Shown here: piece after piece, positions 49,946-64,000 of the stretch
Layout of the letters: every line of letters begins with the position of its first letter
Numbering within the stretch: the first letter of the stretch is position 1
Source: Saccostrea cucullata
Lineage: Eukaryota
NCBI RefSeq assembly: GCF_032062105.1
Contig: NW_026936671.1
Coordinates: 62,001 to 126,000, forward strand
Length of the DNA: 64,000 nucleotides
Direction: 5' to 3'
The notes under the pieces: model-generated
Seen by the model: only the letters and a program-made list of their open reading frames with translations
What the model was told of the DNA's origin: nothing
Database searches by the model: none
Made by a program: the position numbers and the translations under genes

Positions 49946-51981
49946 GTAAACTTGGTCTTCATCACCATAAAAAGCGCTTTGGTTGTCCATAAAATAAACA
50001 CAATTTGGACTAGGACACAATGCAGCAATGATTTAGTTGCCGACACCTGCAGAACTACTCATTGCAATAATCACTTGACTGATAGATAATCAAATCGTCG
50101 TAAAAAAAGGGGGAGAGAGAAAAAATACGTTTAGAGTGTGTGCATTTAAGCCCTAAAGGGTGAATTTGTCATTGTCTTTCCAAAGGAAATGCACAACTGC
50201 ATTTCTAAGCAAGGCAGAAAAATAACTAATCGATAATGTTAAGGGACTGCTGTATCAAAGAATTCCAAATGAAGTATACACATTTATAAAACTGTGCCAA
50301 TTTTATACGTCTGTGTGTTTGCAATTGAACTGAGAGAGACCACCAAATTAAACAAACCAACAAACCAAACTAATCAGCTATTATATTCTAAATACACCTA
50401 TGTCTATCATTTTCTAGGTCATGGGAACATTTTCCTCTCGGTAGAGTAAATACTTAGCAAAACTATAAAATATAATGTTCTTTGCACGTAGACGTACACG
50501 ATGTTTGCCGAAAGATGGCGGGTTTTCCATTTAAAAATTTATGCATACGTTAGTAAGGTTAATATTTATGTATGATATGTTTAGACGATTTTGCAAAAAA
50601 TAAATTGGCAAACGATTATTTATCGTACATATATGCAAGAAAAATAACACGCACTCCCAATTATTACCGCTAAAAATTTTCAACTCCATACTATTAGTCA
50701 TAAAATATTATAGATATATAATTGGGAGTACCTGAAAATTCACCACCAAACGTGTAAATACCAAAGAGTTCTGTTTACTTAAAATAAAACTTTGAACTTG
50801 CAATATTATTTATTTACATATTAAAATGACAAATACAAGATAAAATACCTTTAGGGGCAATGAACACACAGTACAGAACATAATATAGTATTAACTTTTT
50901 CAAACCGTCCATTTTGAAACATAGACAGGAAAACCTCGTTATCTCAAACCAAGAAAATAATTTGGTGTCCGTGATACCGAAGTTCGACTGTACTCTCTCT
51001 CTCTCAAATGAAAGAAATGATATATGATATGTCACTATTTAGTAGCAAACTTCTTGTATAGCCATCGAAAAGCAAAGTTCCTTTTTAATTGAAAGAAATT
51101 TTACATGTACGTCAAAGTCTAAGCCATGTGGCAATACGTATATGCACCGCATTAATTTTGATATGTTACTAAAAAGGTATTTGATGCATCGAGTTGGTCT
51201 TTTACAAGCAAGTTACTTGTCATGTTTTCAATGGACTTGCATTAAACCTTTTGTAAACCTTAGGAACTTCTAAATTCAATATATGATATATATCGATTTC
51301 TTACTATCTCCTTTCAATTGTGCATTAGAAAGAAGACTTTTAAAAAAAGGAATGTTCTATATTTCTATTTGAACGGATTTTTCACTACAAAACTTATTAA
51401 TTAAAGTACTTAATGATTAATGCGTCGCTTAATGCTTTTTAACAAGGAAATTGACGAAACGCTAGTATTTCTTCTATAACATAAGGACAACGGCCAATTT
51501 GTCGTTCATAATGTACCGCGTACAACATTGTGCAATGCAACAAAAATCTGTTGTTAGTAAGTTGTTTTTTATACAATTTTATTCAAAATATTTTCTCACA
51601 GTTAATTACATATTTGATTGTTGGCTGCATAACTATGTATGCCCTTAATTATATATACGTCAGGCGCTTTAATATCGCTTTTTAAGCCCAGTGCGTATTT
51701 TTTAAATTATTCATGCAATCGTAAGACTTGGGACACAAGGATATTTGCTTTAGTATAGTTAACCGAGATATATATTCGTTTTTTTTTTTAATTTTTATTG
51801 AAGGTATATATACGAAAGGCCGGGATTGACGTCAAAATGTAAATACTCTGTATATGCATTCATTCACATTCTAAAAAAAGGAACCAAATCGCTAACACCT
51901 CCAGGATTAAAACCGATTATTACCGCACAGTGGTCGATAAATTTGTCTGCACTTTGTATGTTGACCTCATATTAAGGAGAA

Positions 51982-54900
51982 ATGGCGAGATTACGAGAGG
52001 GAAAGTTATACAAACTTCTCAAAGAATCGGACGATGCAGATGAAGTGTTTGATGCTTGTTACAACTATGCTTACAGTGGCAAGGATCTTAATGCGCGAGA
52101 CGAAGAAACGGGAGAGAGTTTTATGCACCTCCTGGCGGATGAGATCCGCCACTTTACCACCGCCCGTGGGGTGGGGATCATATATTTGATGGCGTGTAAG
52201 GGCATGGATCTAGATATTGCTGACATAAATGGGGACACGTTTCTTCACAAGATTTGTCGGAAACCACATACCCATCGTGTACTGGTTTCTGTCATTCGGT
52301 AAGGACACGACCTATAGTTAAAAGACTGTAATGAAATTGTCATTAAATAATTACTTTTTAAAATGAAAATATGGTCCATTATTATCTTCATGAATTTTAG
52401 ATTTAGTTTTAATTGTATAATGATATATTTTGATTTAAAAGAAAAATGTCACTCTTTTTTATGACAAACCTGCACACGTATTTTGATACAAATAAAAAAC
52501 CTGCAATATGATTAAGGAACCATATGCATATGTAAATGTATTTTGCGAAAATATATTCGTTTATTTCGATTCTACAAATAACGTAGGTGCATTTTTAAAA
52601 AAAAAATTCTGTAATTAATTTACTTTTGATTATTGTAAAAAAAAAAAAAATAGCACATCAAAGGACACGTGTTAAAAACATCCTGTTACGTTTACAAAAT
52701 TTCGTTCTCATTTCCTGCTTCTTAAACCAGAATCGTTTGTTTAAATATGTCATTTAAATAACGTACATGTTAACTATCTTGAACTGACAAACCACTAAAT
52801 GAGAAGCATAGCATAATTTTTCTTATGCAGGAAAATTAAAATCGACACATTTCAATATTTTCGTCTAAAGTCCTATATACTTAAATTAAAAAAAATACAT
52901 TGCATTGACATAGATTGAATTCAATAATCAAAGAATCGTTTTGTTTTATCTTTTGTGGATTAATTTTTATAGGAGTGGGGCGGATCCATTAATTCGCAAT
53001 AAGAAGAATCAGTCACCTGCCGATGTTTTACAGGAGGAGAAACCCGAGGGGTGGGAGGAGACCCTCCATTACTACAACATGTTCAAACCTGGTAAATATC
53101 ATAACACTGAATAAGTGACCAACATATATGCACTTTTAATATTCATTTCAAACGAAAACCGGATTTTTATAATGCAATTTTCCTTCATTCGAAGACGAAC
53201 GGTGGTATATATAGAACAGACGAAAAAAGGGGGTTCACCCAATTCATTTTATTTCAAGTCTGAGAAACTTGTTTTTGGACTTTCGTTCTATCTTTCCAGT
53301 ATTTTTTTTCAGTTTGATGAACATAGCCTGAAAAGTTTTATTCTGTTAAATTACTTCGACCTGCTGTTTTTAAAGGCTTTATTTAGGGTCGCCAAGATCA
53401 AAACTTTTAAATTTATTTGCTTTCGTAAAATTGTCAACTTTGGTTTGCTCTCCGTTTAGGCATTCTTAAAAAAATCTTTAAAACAATATCTTTTCATGCT
53501 CCAGGAATGATCAATTTTTTACACCGAGAAAGGCTACTGACAAACAAGTTGATGTTACAGGGATCTCAACAACCTCGTTCAAAGTTGGCATTTCGTTATT
53601 ATGACATTGTTAGTAAAAATATAACATATCACTGGACTGTATTTTAGCTGACCTATTTCATACCAATTGTAAGGCCCTTCTTTTTCATTGAACTTGAATA
53701 CAAAATTTTCCGCCTATCTCATCAGTAAATATGGCTCACGCCGGCTTCGATCGGTCAGCAGGGTTTGCTTACTCCTCTTAGGCACACGATCTGATCTCTG
53801 AATTTTCCAGGGTCCGTGTTTTATTATCCCTGATCGTTATCTTCGCATTTTTCATTCTCTTGCCTAGGTTTGTACCGCGCTCTTCAAGAAGACAATCCAG
53901 ACAGGGAGCTCATACGTCGTCTGTTAAAGTTTTGGTGCCGTGTAACCGTAGTGAAGAATCGCCGCACAATACATCTTAAGTCCCGACTACTGGAGACGGC
54001 TTATGGGCGGAATCTCGTGGAACTGATAGAAGAGTACGAAAACACAAACGAATTCATCCCCGCCTTGCTTGAGTGCGAGGCTAAGCTTATTAGACAGTGG
54101 ATTAAGGATCGTAAGTTTGATGTTCATTTGTAAGAGAGAATCAGAAGGGGGGGGGGAGGGGGGAGTTGAATAAGATGCAAAAAAAAAAAAAATGTCCCGC
54201 CCATTTATTCACCTCGTTTCAATTGTGTACAGGTCTTCATTTGCATATCTATTTTATTTAATTTTTTGACATGTACAACATATAAAGTATTATTTCGGTT
54301 ACAGAAATTATAGTCAACATCAATGTTAATACCAAAGATTACAGTTACCAGTTTTCGGCCCCTAATACCCCCATTGCCCCTCGTCCCCTCTTGGTGGCCG
54401 TCTGGGAGACGAGATGTCTGGAGACAGTGGACATAATGATGGAGCTTGGCGCCGACACCAGTGTACTCTTCTCATCCGAACCCGACAAAGAAAAACCAAA
54501 GCCTCTCTTTTTCCACGTAAGTAGGCATTGCTCCTGCATAATTATGCTTTTACTTTCATTTTTCCCGAATTATATGAATTTTTTAAGCGAATTAATTTCA
54601 GTCGGTTTGATTTTTCGCTTTTCATACGAGCTGCCGATCGCGCGTTTGCGAGGGTGATTCCTCTAGTTTGATACACTAGTATACCGAAAAGAAGAAACAA
54701 TATCTAAAAATGCATAGGGGCTAACTTTAACTACAATACCATATGATGATTACCAAATACATGTATAAATATATGCTTTAATATTTCATTTAGAGTTATC
54801 ATTTATCAAGGCCTAATGTCGTATCAAAGAACATTTTAAGCCTGCAATTTGACAAGAGGGAGTAGGTGGTCTGAATTTTGAAAGTTTGATTTGTCGTAAG

Positions 54901-57900
54901 TGTCATCATCCCGCATTTACGGTCGCTGGTATCATTTTTCAGCGTAACATTGATCAGATTGTTAATTTCTAGAATAAAGATGAGACTTCACTCCTACATA
55001 AGTGCTTACCTCAACTAAATGGTGGCGTTTGAAGTCGAATATTTATTTTTCAATTCTGTCCTGCTCACATGGAGACAACTCCAGACTAAATGACACCGTG
55101 ATTATTTTGTGTCTGAAACCTGTTCAGTCAGTGGAATTATGATGTCTCTCAACAAAAACCTTAATACCATAATTGTATATTTTAAAACCTTACTAATTAT
55201 AATATACAAATACATTCATGTAGAATTGAATTACAACAAAGTAATTATTTATATGTATTTCCTCGATTAAACGCTTTACGGCCCGGGTCAATTCATAATG
55301 CTTTGTAGGAATCAACCCGCAATATTTCATATTTCTAATATCATGTCTATTACTTATAAATAAATAATGTTCATTACTGCTCAAAGAATGCTGATTTAAT
55401 TTTAAACTTGAATTCAAGTCATTTCTACAATATTCAAATAACATACACTTGTATAGAGATACAAATTTGTCTCATCTAGAACGTTTCGGAACACGATTTT
55501 TATAATGTTGAGACATAAAACAATTCATGCAGCTTGGAAAAAAAGTTCAGTTTCATTTAAAAAACAATTTGATGTAATTTTAAAAAAAATTGCAGCTTGG
55601 AAAAAAAGTAAAACAACCACAGATATATGTTTGAATCATTTAAAAAACAATTATGACAAAACAAATTGCAGTATGCAGAATAAAAAGAAATGTATTAGGA
55701 TAAAAAAAAGTCACAATTTTAATTTTTACAACTTAACTTTTTAATCTCACGTCCGTGACCCGCAATTGGAGAATCTATATACAGTTTTTGAAGCTCTTAT
55801 TATTTATCTAGAACTTTTATACGAAAGTAGCCCGTCACCGCAGCAGAAATATCCAAGCACATAGAACGTTGTCACTTCTAAACAACTAAATTAACTCACG
55901 TCCCTTTGAAGTACGCACATAGAACGTTGGTGGCAATCTGGATTATATTTATGCAAATTCAGGGCCATCTTTTTAACTGAGGTTTTGTAACAGATAAAGA
56001 TTTTAGATGAATTAGTACATCTAAAGAATAGCCAGCGTTTATAATCAGGTGAGTACCTGTCAGCGATGAAAGAAAGCGCGACTGGTTAGGTCGAATTTGT
56101 CTCATCAACGAAGTTTTAACGTGCATTGAGTGTCCACTGAAAGCCCAATGATATGAAAACAGGGCTGTTTTGTTAATTCATGCAAATTACGCCACAGGCC
56201 CCGGCGTCATGAAACATAAAACAGAAAAGTGTTTTATTTGCAAATTTTGAGATTAATTAAAATAAAAATTATAAACAATTCACAGGAAATTTAAAAAAAA
56301 TGACTTAAGCTAAAGTCTGTTTCATGATCCTGACCCCTGATGTGATTTCCTTGTACTAGTATACGTAGCTGCAGATCTATCAAAGACAAATATGTAAAAC
56401 CATAATGCTACAGATCTGCAGCTATAGTATACGTTGTATTTGTTACAAGTATATACCGGTATTGTATAGTATGGATACATGCTAAGTTATTCTTCAGTGT
56501 TTCATTTTATTTTTTCATTTTTTTTCTAGTTACGTTAAAAATTAATGTATAATTGATAATAAACTAAATGTACTTTTTTTTTATTCGTGCAGGCCTTCAT
56601 CTACAAATACTTTTAAAAATTCAATGTCCTTTTTTCCCCACACCTACACGTGTATCTAGTCAGTATATAGATCTGTACTTTATACATGTTATATATTCGT
56701 GCATGAAAACCAATTTTTATGTACTTAGTTATGTACAACTCCAGAATCTTAAGTATATACCCAGCAATATTTCACGTATTCCCTACGCGATTTCCTTATT
56801 CCCTGTGCGTGATTACAATTAATTCTGTGAGTAAAGACAATGATTTCATGGTATGTGCTAGAATTAATCAATCCGAGGTCCACAACCTACATGTAAATAG
56901 AATAATATATTGTTTAATTATATACATGTAATTACTGCAGGGAATCCCGAAGTGTTCCGTTTCTAATATTTACAATTCAAAATCTGTTTTCAGGTCTTTT
57001 TGCACATATACATGTAGCAGTTTAAGTAATGAGGTTGAAAAATGATACAATAAGAGTTAAAGATTCATCGTTCCTCGGTTTACACACATATATTTAAATT
57101 TGTTTTTAATATTTACTTTTTTTCAAAATGGAAAAATATCGAGATAACAAATAGAATTCAAGTTCAAAGTCCATTAAACAATACAAATTTGGGTGCTCTC
57201 TAAAACCTCAGAGGTGGGATCAGGTGCCACGGAGGAGTAAGCATCCCCTACCGAGAGGTCACACCTGCACTGTGCTCCTTGTAATGATAGGGAACCAACA
57301 GAAAAATCCGTCGATAATTCATTGTGTAAATAATTGCCAAACTATCAGTATGCAGAAAAGTCACTTACCATTTGACTTAATGATACGTTATACTTGTATT
57401 TCTTCACAAGGTCGTAGTATCGACCATAGAACTTACGAAATGATGAATTTAAAGAGACTGTTGATATTCTTGCTTCATGAACTTGATTGTTAATAACTTG
57501 CCTCGTTTTAGAAATTGTTCAAACGTAAAGAAATTAAATTTGATAAATCACATAATTGCAGCATCCCCTGCGCGAGAAATTGACATTTAAATTAAACAAG
57601 ACAAATCTATCATAGCGAGAGTTATCTCTCCTATTGTAAGTCAATGAACCTTAAAGTACACATCCTGACTAATTTAAAAAATAAAGTTTTTTTCTTCCTT
57701 TTTACTCGTAGGTTCTTAGTGGTCCTTTCAAACCATCAGATGAAATTGCCTACCGGATATTACGTGGTTCCAATCTTAACGTCAGAGATCTCAATGGACG
57801 AACAGTATTGTTTGAAGCCATTTCACACAACGCGTCAGAAGTAATGATTAATTTTCTACTCAGTCAAGGAATCCGGATAGGACTGCGTGATAAACAAGGA

Positions 57901-60900
57901 TTTACAGCATATGATATTGCAAAGAAAGAGAAAAAACTACATTATTGTAAGCTTTTAGATAATCACGTGATCAACCTCGTTCGGGATTGTGATATGGCAC
58001 GTGTTGAGGATATGTTTCTGTTGGGATATGATCGAATTCTGAAAGCGAGGGATAAGGATGGGGTGACCGCCCTCGGGGTTGCAAGAAATAGTGATTCTAC
58101 ACAACTAAAAGAAACAATGAACAAATTTAACAATGTTCAGGTACAGTATATATATTTTGATGCAATATGATAATATAAAATTCAGTTTATTCTATGCAAT
58201 GGCAACATCGTCAATTAAAATACGGTTATAAAAGACAAGTTAAATTTCGTTCCATGCGATAATTAATGAAATATGACAATTCTCCCTTAAAGATATTTGC
58301 TTAATTTAATCATTTTTTGGATAATAATAACCATAATTATAACTAATGGATGTATACAGGATTTCAATATCAAATGATTCGCTTCAAGCGTATTTTACTG
58401 TAGAAATCCCTTTCTGTTACAGGAACACATTTGCAAATTATTCCACACTACACACGAAGGCGATCTACAGCAATTAAAGAATTTATTGGGAAGGAAGTAT
58501 TACTGTGCTCAGGATATATGTGGGAGAAATGTCCTTCACATTGCTGTGATGTCCCAGCATAAGTCAATTGTAGAATATCTATCAACTAACTACCCGCAAC
58601 TTCTCAACATGCAAGATAATGTAAGTGCATGTGCACTTTATAATTGAAAAAAATTAGTATAGAGGTCCCTGTGGGGGTAATTTAAAACTTTTGAAAAATA
58701 TTTAAAGATTATGTCGTCACATGTTTTAACAATTAGATATCATTTTTATATGGTAGATTTTTATTTTTATTTTCCATCCCCCTCATCTTAATTGCTATGA
58801 GAGTTTGTATCTCGTGTGATAAATTAATTAATTAGATTTGTGTAGCTTGGAAGATTTTTCTCCTTGTTGAAAACTGTGGAAACAATCTGATTTAGAATTC
58901 TTAAAGGAATTGTATTTATTGTAGCTTGGACGAACACCATTACACTATGCAGAAATTTTTCTAGAAGGCACTAAAGTTATAGATTTCATGATTGAAAAAG
59001 GAACATCAGTTGATATCAAAGACGTGGTAAGAATTACTGAACATGGAAAATATACACTGTATAAATTAAAATTGAATGGCATACGTCTGAAGGTTAAGAC
59101 TGTAGCAGTACCTCTAGGAATAAAATTCACATTTATTTTATGGAAGTAGGACAGCACGCCATTTGTAGAACGTACTAGTAGCTTTTAAGTAACTGAATTA
59201 GTTTCGCGATTCCTCGACAAAGAGGTTTTCATGTAATTAATTTTTTTTAAATCGAACAAAAATCAGAAAAAAATAAAATATTCGACACCCCACCCCTTTT
59301 CTTGTATGCTTTAGACAAATTTTAGTATCGGTGATCAATATACATGTAAGTAAATCTATGAAAAATTAAACTTGTTCATGATTGTTTGGAAGTAATTAAA
59401 AACTTGGGGGGGGGAGGTTGAGAAAAAGAAATAATGTCTGCTGGTTCCATTTTAGCACGAACGTACAAGCGTTGACTACCAATGTGATGTTTGCGGACAG
59501 AGGGCGTACTTAGCGTTAAAGAAGGAGATCCAGGAATTTAGACTAGACGTGTTCCTGGCACAAACCAAATTCGAACGGACATTTATGGAGGCTGTGAAGG
59601 TATCTTGTATATTATAATGAAGCTTAATTAATTTTTTCAGAAATTCATATAATTATCAATTTCTACAACGAACTTATATTACCTTTTAGGAATAAACGGC
59701 AAATTGTTGAATCGACCATTTGCTGGAGAAAAAAATTCTGTATTATAAAGTTATGGGCATGAGAGATGGAATTTTTTAACACTGCAAGGACAGGAGGTCC
59801 GTGTGCACTGTTTCTTTTTTTTTCGTAACAGAAAAACAACTTGCCCAAGGTTAAGGACCTAGTTAAGGGGGTGCTGATGTATGGAAACTTAAACCGCTAC
59901 AGTCACGTGCTCTTTGACTGTGTGGACAAAGGTCAAGAGGACATAGCGGTGTACTTGATTGAGCAGGGCATGGACACACATATCTACAAACAGGTACTGG
60001 AGAGTAATCAAAGACTGACCCCACACAAATCCGACATTGTCTAAAAATCTAGATCTAACGCACAGACTAGAGTTGTTCTGGAAATTGTTTGATATGTCCA
60101 ATTAGGACTAGATTGCGCAGTACGGAGGGAAAAAAGCATCTCATAGACAACTTCTACCAGATCTAGAATTATTTTCCAAAAATTATCTTTTTTGCAATTA
60201 ATATGTATACCCTATCAATTTTATCTTATCACAACATGTTATAGTTTCAAAAAAAGTCAAAATACTGGTACATGTACTGTAATGACTTTTTCCGGAATGT
60301 TCATTGAATGATGAAGTATTTACATACAAAAGATAAATACTATAGTTCTCTTTTTTTACCATATATAATTAACTTTGTAAATTTTTCATAGTATCAAGCA
60401 TGCATAGCGAACGATCCCGACTGTGCTGTTGGTGAATGCAATCACACAGTGACATCATTTAAAGAGAGGGTAATCAACAGCGGTAACAACAAGATACTGA
60501 ACGCAATGTCAGAAACAAACAGCAAAGCTGAACAGGTAAGTTTAGCTTCCTACTCTGATTTTATAGTGTTTGGAAAAAATTAAATTTACATCCATTTGGC
60601 TCACCTTGCTGACTACCGTACCCTACATCATTTGATGTAATCGGCCGAGGTGTGCCTAATGATTTACATGGAGTAAAATCAACTTTATATCTTTTTAAGT
60701 TGCCAGAGGTTATACTTGGCTATTGAGGTGGAAATAAAACACACGGAGAGTATTTCTATGTATATTCTGTCAACAACTACATGTATAGGTAAAGTAAATG
60801 TAGAGTTCAATGTAGCTTTAATATTGTAAATTTTGAATTAACTGGGTGCCATGTTGTAAATTTTTGTATTTATTACCACCTGGTAAATTCAAAATTTACA

Positions 60901-61466
60901 ATATGGCAAAGCTCTCAAGTATGAAATCGGGATAAAGCCATGTATTTCACTATCGCATTAATGCACGTCGAGGTTTGGGTCGATAATACGATATCGCAAT
61001 AAAAGTGATAGCACGATGATACGACGACAAGATGAATCATTGATGTGACAATGATGAAACGGTTGTGCGATGATGCAATAATACAATGGTGATGAACTGA
61101 TATTCGCAATATTGCTTCATCGTCATCTTATTGTCGCACTCTCGCCATGATCGCAAAATCGTTTTCGAACCGTTCCATCATCGTACATCATCGTACGTTA
61201 TCGCACCATTGCATCATCGTACGTTATCGCACCATTGCATCATCGTTATTGCATTATTGCGTCATCGACCATTGAAGTCAATGTTCAATGTTGCAATAGT
61301 GAGCTGCGTGGCCCTTTCCTGATCTCATACTCGAGTGAAAGACCTTTCATTTCTTATAGAACTTATTGTGTTAATTATATATTTCACCAATTTTATTTTA
61401 TAGGTTGCAAAGCAAAGAACATCATTCTCGGATGTGCAGTCATTCAATGTTTTCGGATTGCTGTGA
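51982..61466 (+). CDS. Ankyrin-repeat protein, uncharacterised (11 coding exons, ~710 aa)
   Basis: Exons: 51982-52298, 52973-53091, 53868-54110, 54305-54516, 57712-58140, 58423-58620, 58925-59026, 59456-59599, 59832-59993, 60392-60535, 61404-61466; all GT-AG and phase-consistent. Ankyrin motifs DINGDTFLH, DLNGRTVLF, DKQGFTAYD, DKDGVTAL, DICGRNVLHIA, DNLGRTPLHYA. AATAAA at 61488. Confidence 0.9.
56195..56339. mobile_element. MITE with degenerate TIRs
   Basis: caggccccggcgtcatgaaaca ... tgtttcatgatcctgacccctg. Confidence 0.5.
56366..56424. mobile_element. 59-bp micro-MITE with 9-bp TSD
   Basis: 13-bp TIR TAGCTGCAGATCT; exact TSD TAGTATACG at 56357-56365 and 56425-56433. Confidence 0.8.
57180..57500 (-). 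mobile_element. Retroelement-derived interspersed repeat fragment; opposite-orientation relative at ~53735-53820
   Basis: gggatcaggtgcc...aggagtaagca here is the reverse complement of tgcttactcct...ggcac...gatc at ~53766-53795. Confidence 0.5.
60920..61329. mobile_element. Non-autonomous TIR element with mirrored (CGATG)n/(CATCG)n tracts, possibly IS3EU-type
   Basis: TAT...ATA ends, imperfect TIRs tatgaaatcggga and tcctgatctcata, 6-bp flanks ctcaag and ctcgag (5/6 match). Confidence 0.6.
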
Positions 61467-64000
61467 CACACATTAATGGACTGTCACAATAAAATATGTA
61501 TACTCGTTTGTTGCATCAGTTGTTGTATATCAGTGTAAATAATCCTATTTTTACTTCAATTAATCAAAACAACTAGTACAAATCTCTGTCATCCTTGGAC
61601 CTTGAAATTATTAACACCAGGAACCTTAAATTGTTGTTGATAACGATGAGACGACTTAAACCCCACTTCTTTGCGGTACGAGGCGCTGTTATTGGATATT
61701 CTCTACATTCATCGACATTCGCCCGAATTTCTATCCCATGTATATTTCAACAGAGAATGAAAGCTATGTAAATTTTTTAAAACGCTGATTATGTAACGTC
61801 GAGAATACCAGGCCTTACTGAGAGTCCAAGGATAACAGAAAAGTGTACTAAAAAGTCACAAGAAAAAAATTTTGACGTCATTAGACGGGAAAATTAAATC
61901 TTTTGCATTTAATCGACCAAGTTTTGTAGGAATTTGTCCTTCTTGACAGTTAAAGAAGTGTATTTAGTAAACAAACAGAAGTTATAGCTAAAATTTCATC
62001 GGCGAGAATTCGTTAATTCTTTTGAGATATTTTTTTGTATAAAGAGATTATTTGACAGAAAAACGTTTTTGGTCAAAATAACGTAAAAAATCATATGATT
62101 TTGTTAAATTATTGATATTGGTACCAACTTATTTTCAGTGCTATTTTTCCTGTTAGAATTTCATTTGGGTCTATTTTCATTTTTTTTGGACGATATCACA
62201 GAGAAAAATTTGAAAGCAATATATTTTTATGTACATTTAGATTTTCTGTCATGAAATCATGTTGGAAATGAATTTTCATCTTCGCTAACCAAGAAGTGGG
62301 GATTGAAAAGAGAGGAATATTTTGTCTTTGAATTTTTTACAAACGTCAAGATAAATTGGTATAGTTATGTCCATGTTTCAATCATTATGCAAATTAGAAG
62401 TTACAATTAAGAATTGCTGAATTTTCAGTAATAAAAATAAATTAGAATTTAAAAATTAAAAAATGAAGGTACAAGACGTTTTAAACATTCTTTTTAAAAA
62501 TTTAGTGGTCAAATTATTACTTAGATGTGCTAAAGCCATTTATCAGTTAAAAACTTCAATGTTAAAACAAGTTAAACAAACAACATTGTATATCTGAAAA
62601 TGGTTAAAGATTATCAAAACTTACTGAAATTAGTATGTTATGGGTCATGGTTATAATCCCTAGTTTTATTGAGGAAAAAGTAAAATTGCAGATAAAATAA
62701 AATATACTTATATCTTTTTTAAAGGGTAACACGTAAATATTAAATTCTAAAGAGGAAAAATTTGTGTATACACAGTTAAAATATCACAGAAAGAATGTAC
62801 ACATAAATTAATCAAAAATTTTGACATATATACACATACAAAAATTATGACAGATAAAATGAATTTTAAGAATTTAACAAATTTTAAGAATTTATAGTTT
62901 CTTTAGATAAAGTTAAAGAAAAATAGACAACTTGAAAAGCAATATGATTGCATTAAGAGAAACAAAAATAAATATAATATATTATAAATAAAAAAAAAAG
63001 TAATATGATAGTACATGTAATAAAATTAAGCCTAAGTTTAATTCATAAATTCAGATAAAAATAACTAATTGTATTATTAATAATATTAAAAATAAATAAA
63101 TAAAAAAAAGGCTGTATAATTGATCTCTCTCTCTCTCTCTCTGAAAGTTTGGAAATTTAAAATTCACACAGACATAGCTAAACCAAATTGTTTTTTTCTC
63201 TAAATCTAATAATAATAATTTTAAAGTAATTTATGTAATTCATCAATACACATCCTGCCTAGTGATTGGGTCATAAAGCTACATAGCGTCATATAATATT
63301 GTGAGTTTGGAAAAAAAACATAGAAAACAATGAAATAAAATATATTGTTGAAAATGAGAAAATGAAAGATTTCAAAAATAAATGAAAATTCAACTGTTTT
63401 AAATATATTGATATTTATGCAGCCCCACGCTGTTGTTTCATGCAGGAAACTGCAATATTAAAACAACATAAAAACTTTGAAAGTTTTAAATTGGCTGAGG
63501 GTGGACAGAACTTAAATGCATGATTTGGTAGAGAATTCAAGTTAGCAGCTGCATAGCTATAATGACTGTTTTCCATACCTAGTGGTATATTGGCCTAAAA
63601 GGTAATTTTATTTTAACGTTTGTGTTTATTTTGTTAAGATATTTAGAAAAAAAAAAACAAAACAAATATAACATCAAATTCAAGCGAATGACGTCACAAT
63701 ATCAATGCCATCACTATATCAATGTCGTCATAATGCACGGTTTAGCAGCTATTATGTAACAGCAGACTTTCCCATGTTACCTGTATACTTTTTTGATGGC
63801 AAACTCGTCGGAGGTAGGCTGTATGAAACGTATTTAAAATAAATTCCTTATTTAACTGAATTGTTAAATGATACAGCCGTAATACCATTCAAATTTGTTA
63901 AAGCTATCTACATTAGAACATAAGGGAAGAATTTAATTTTGTTGAGAAGAATTTCCAGAAAGAATTTGCAATTGGCGCGCGCGTAGTATATATGCTGGTA

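Noticed and set aside
53735-57270. Inverted retroelement fragments flanking ankyrin exons 3-4 as circRNA drivers
   Set aside because: Complementarity is short (~40 nt) and heavily mismatched.
58841-58852. Second tgtagcttgga acceptor-like copy ~80 nt upstream of ankyrin exon 7
   Set aside because: Using it shifts the frame or meets stops; probably a chance or tiny local duplication.
61650-64000. Long AT-rich tract with transposon-like patches
   Set aside because: No paired termini, TSD or coding remnant could be identified, so no feature is called.

Overview
AT-rich, intron-rich animal genomic DNA, most likely an ostreid oyster (inferred from Helentron-type elements carrying a ~166-bp satellite and bivalve-type SINEs and MITEs). 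I rebuilt genes by hand from splice sites, checking that the reading phase carries across each junction. Left to right: the 5' part of an RNase T2 gene (minus, runs off the left edge, absent from the ORF track); two tandem paralogous secreted prepro-proteins of no family I recognise (plus; signal peptide, furin site, 5 conserved Cys); a 20-exon mitochondrial pyruvate carboxylase (minus) head-to-head with an 11-exon TAF6L (plus) that has a long unusual C-terminal tail; a 4-exon KGD4/MRPS36 (minus); a single-exon tail-anchored small protein with four PKA-type sites (minus); and an 11-exon ~710-aa ankyrin-repeat gene (plus) with a textbook CCAAT/TATA/Inr promoter. Introns hold many non-autonomous transposons, including a 4.45-kb TIR element 9 nt from a splice donor. 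Best candidates for new biology: the secreted protein pair, the phospholamban-like tail-anchored protein, the TAF6L tail and an 18-nt PC micro-exon. No database searches were run, so every novelty claim is provisional.
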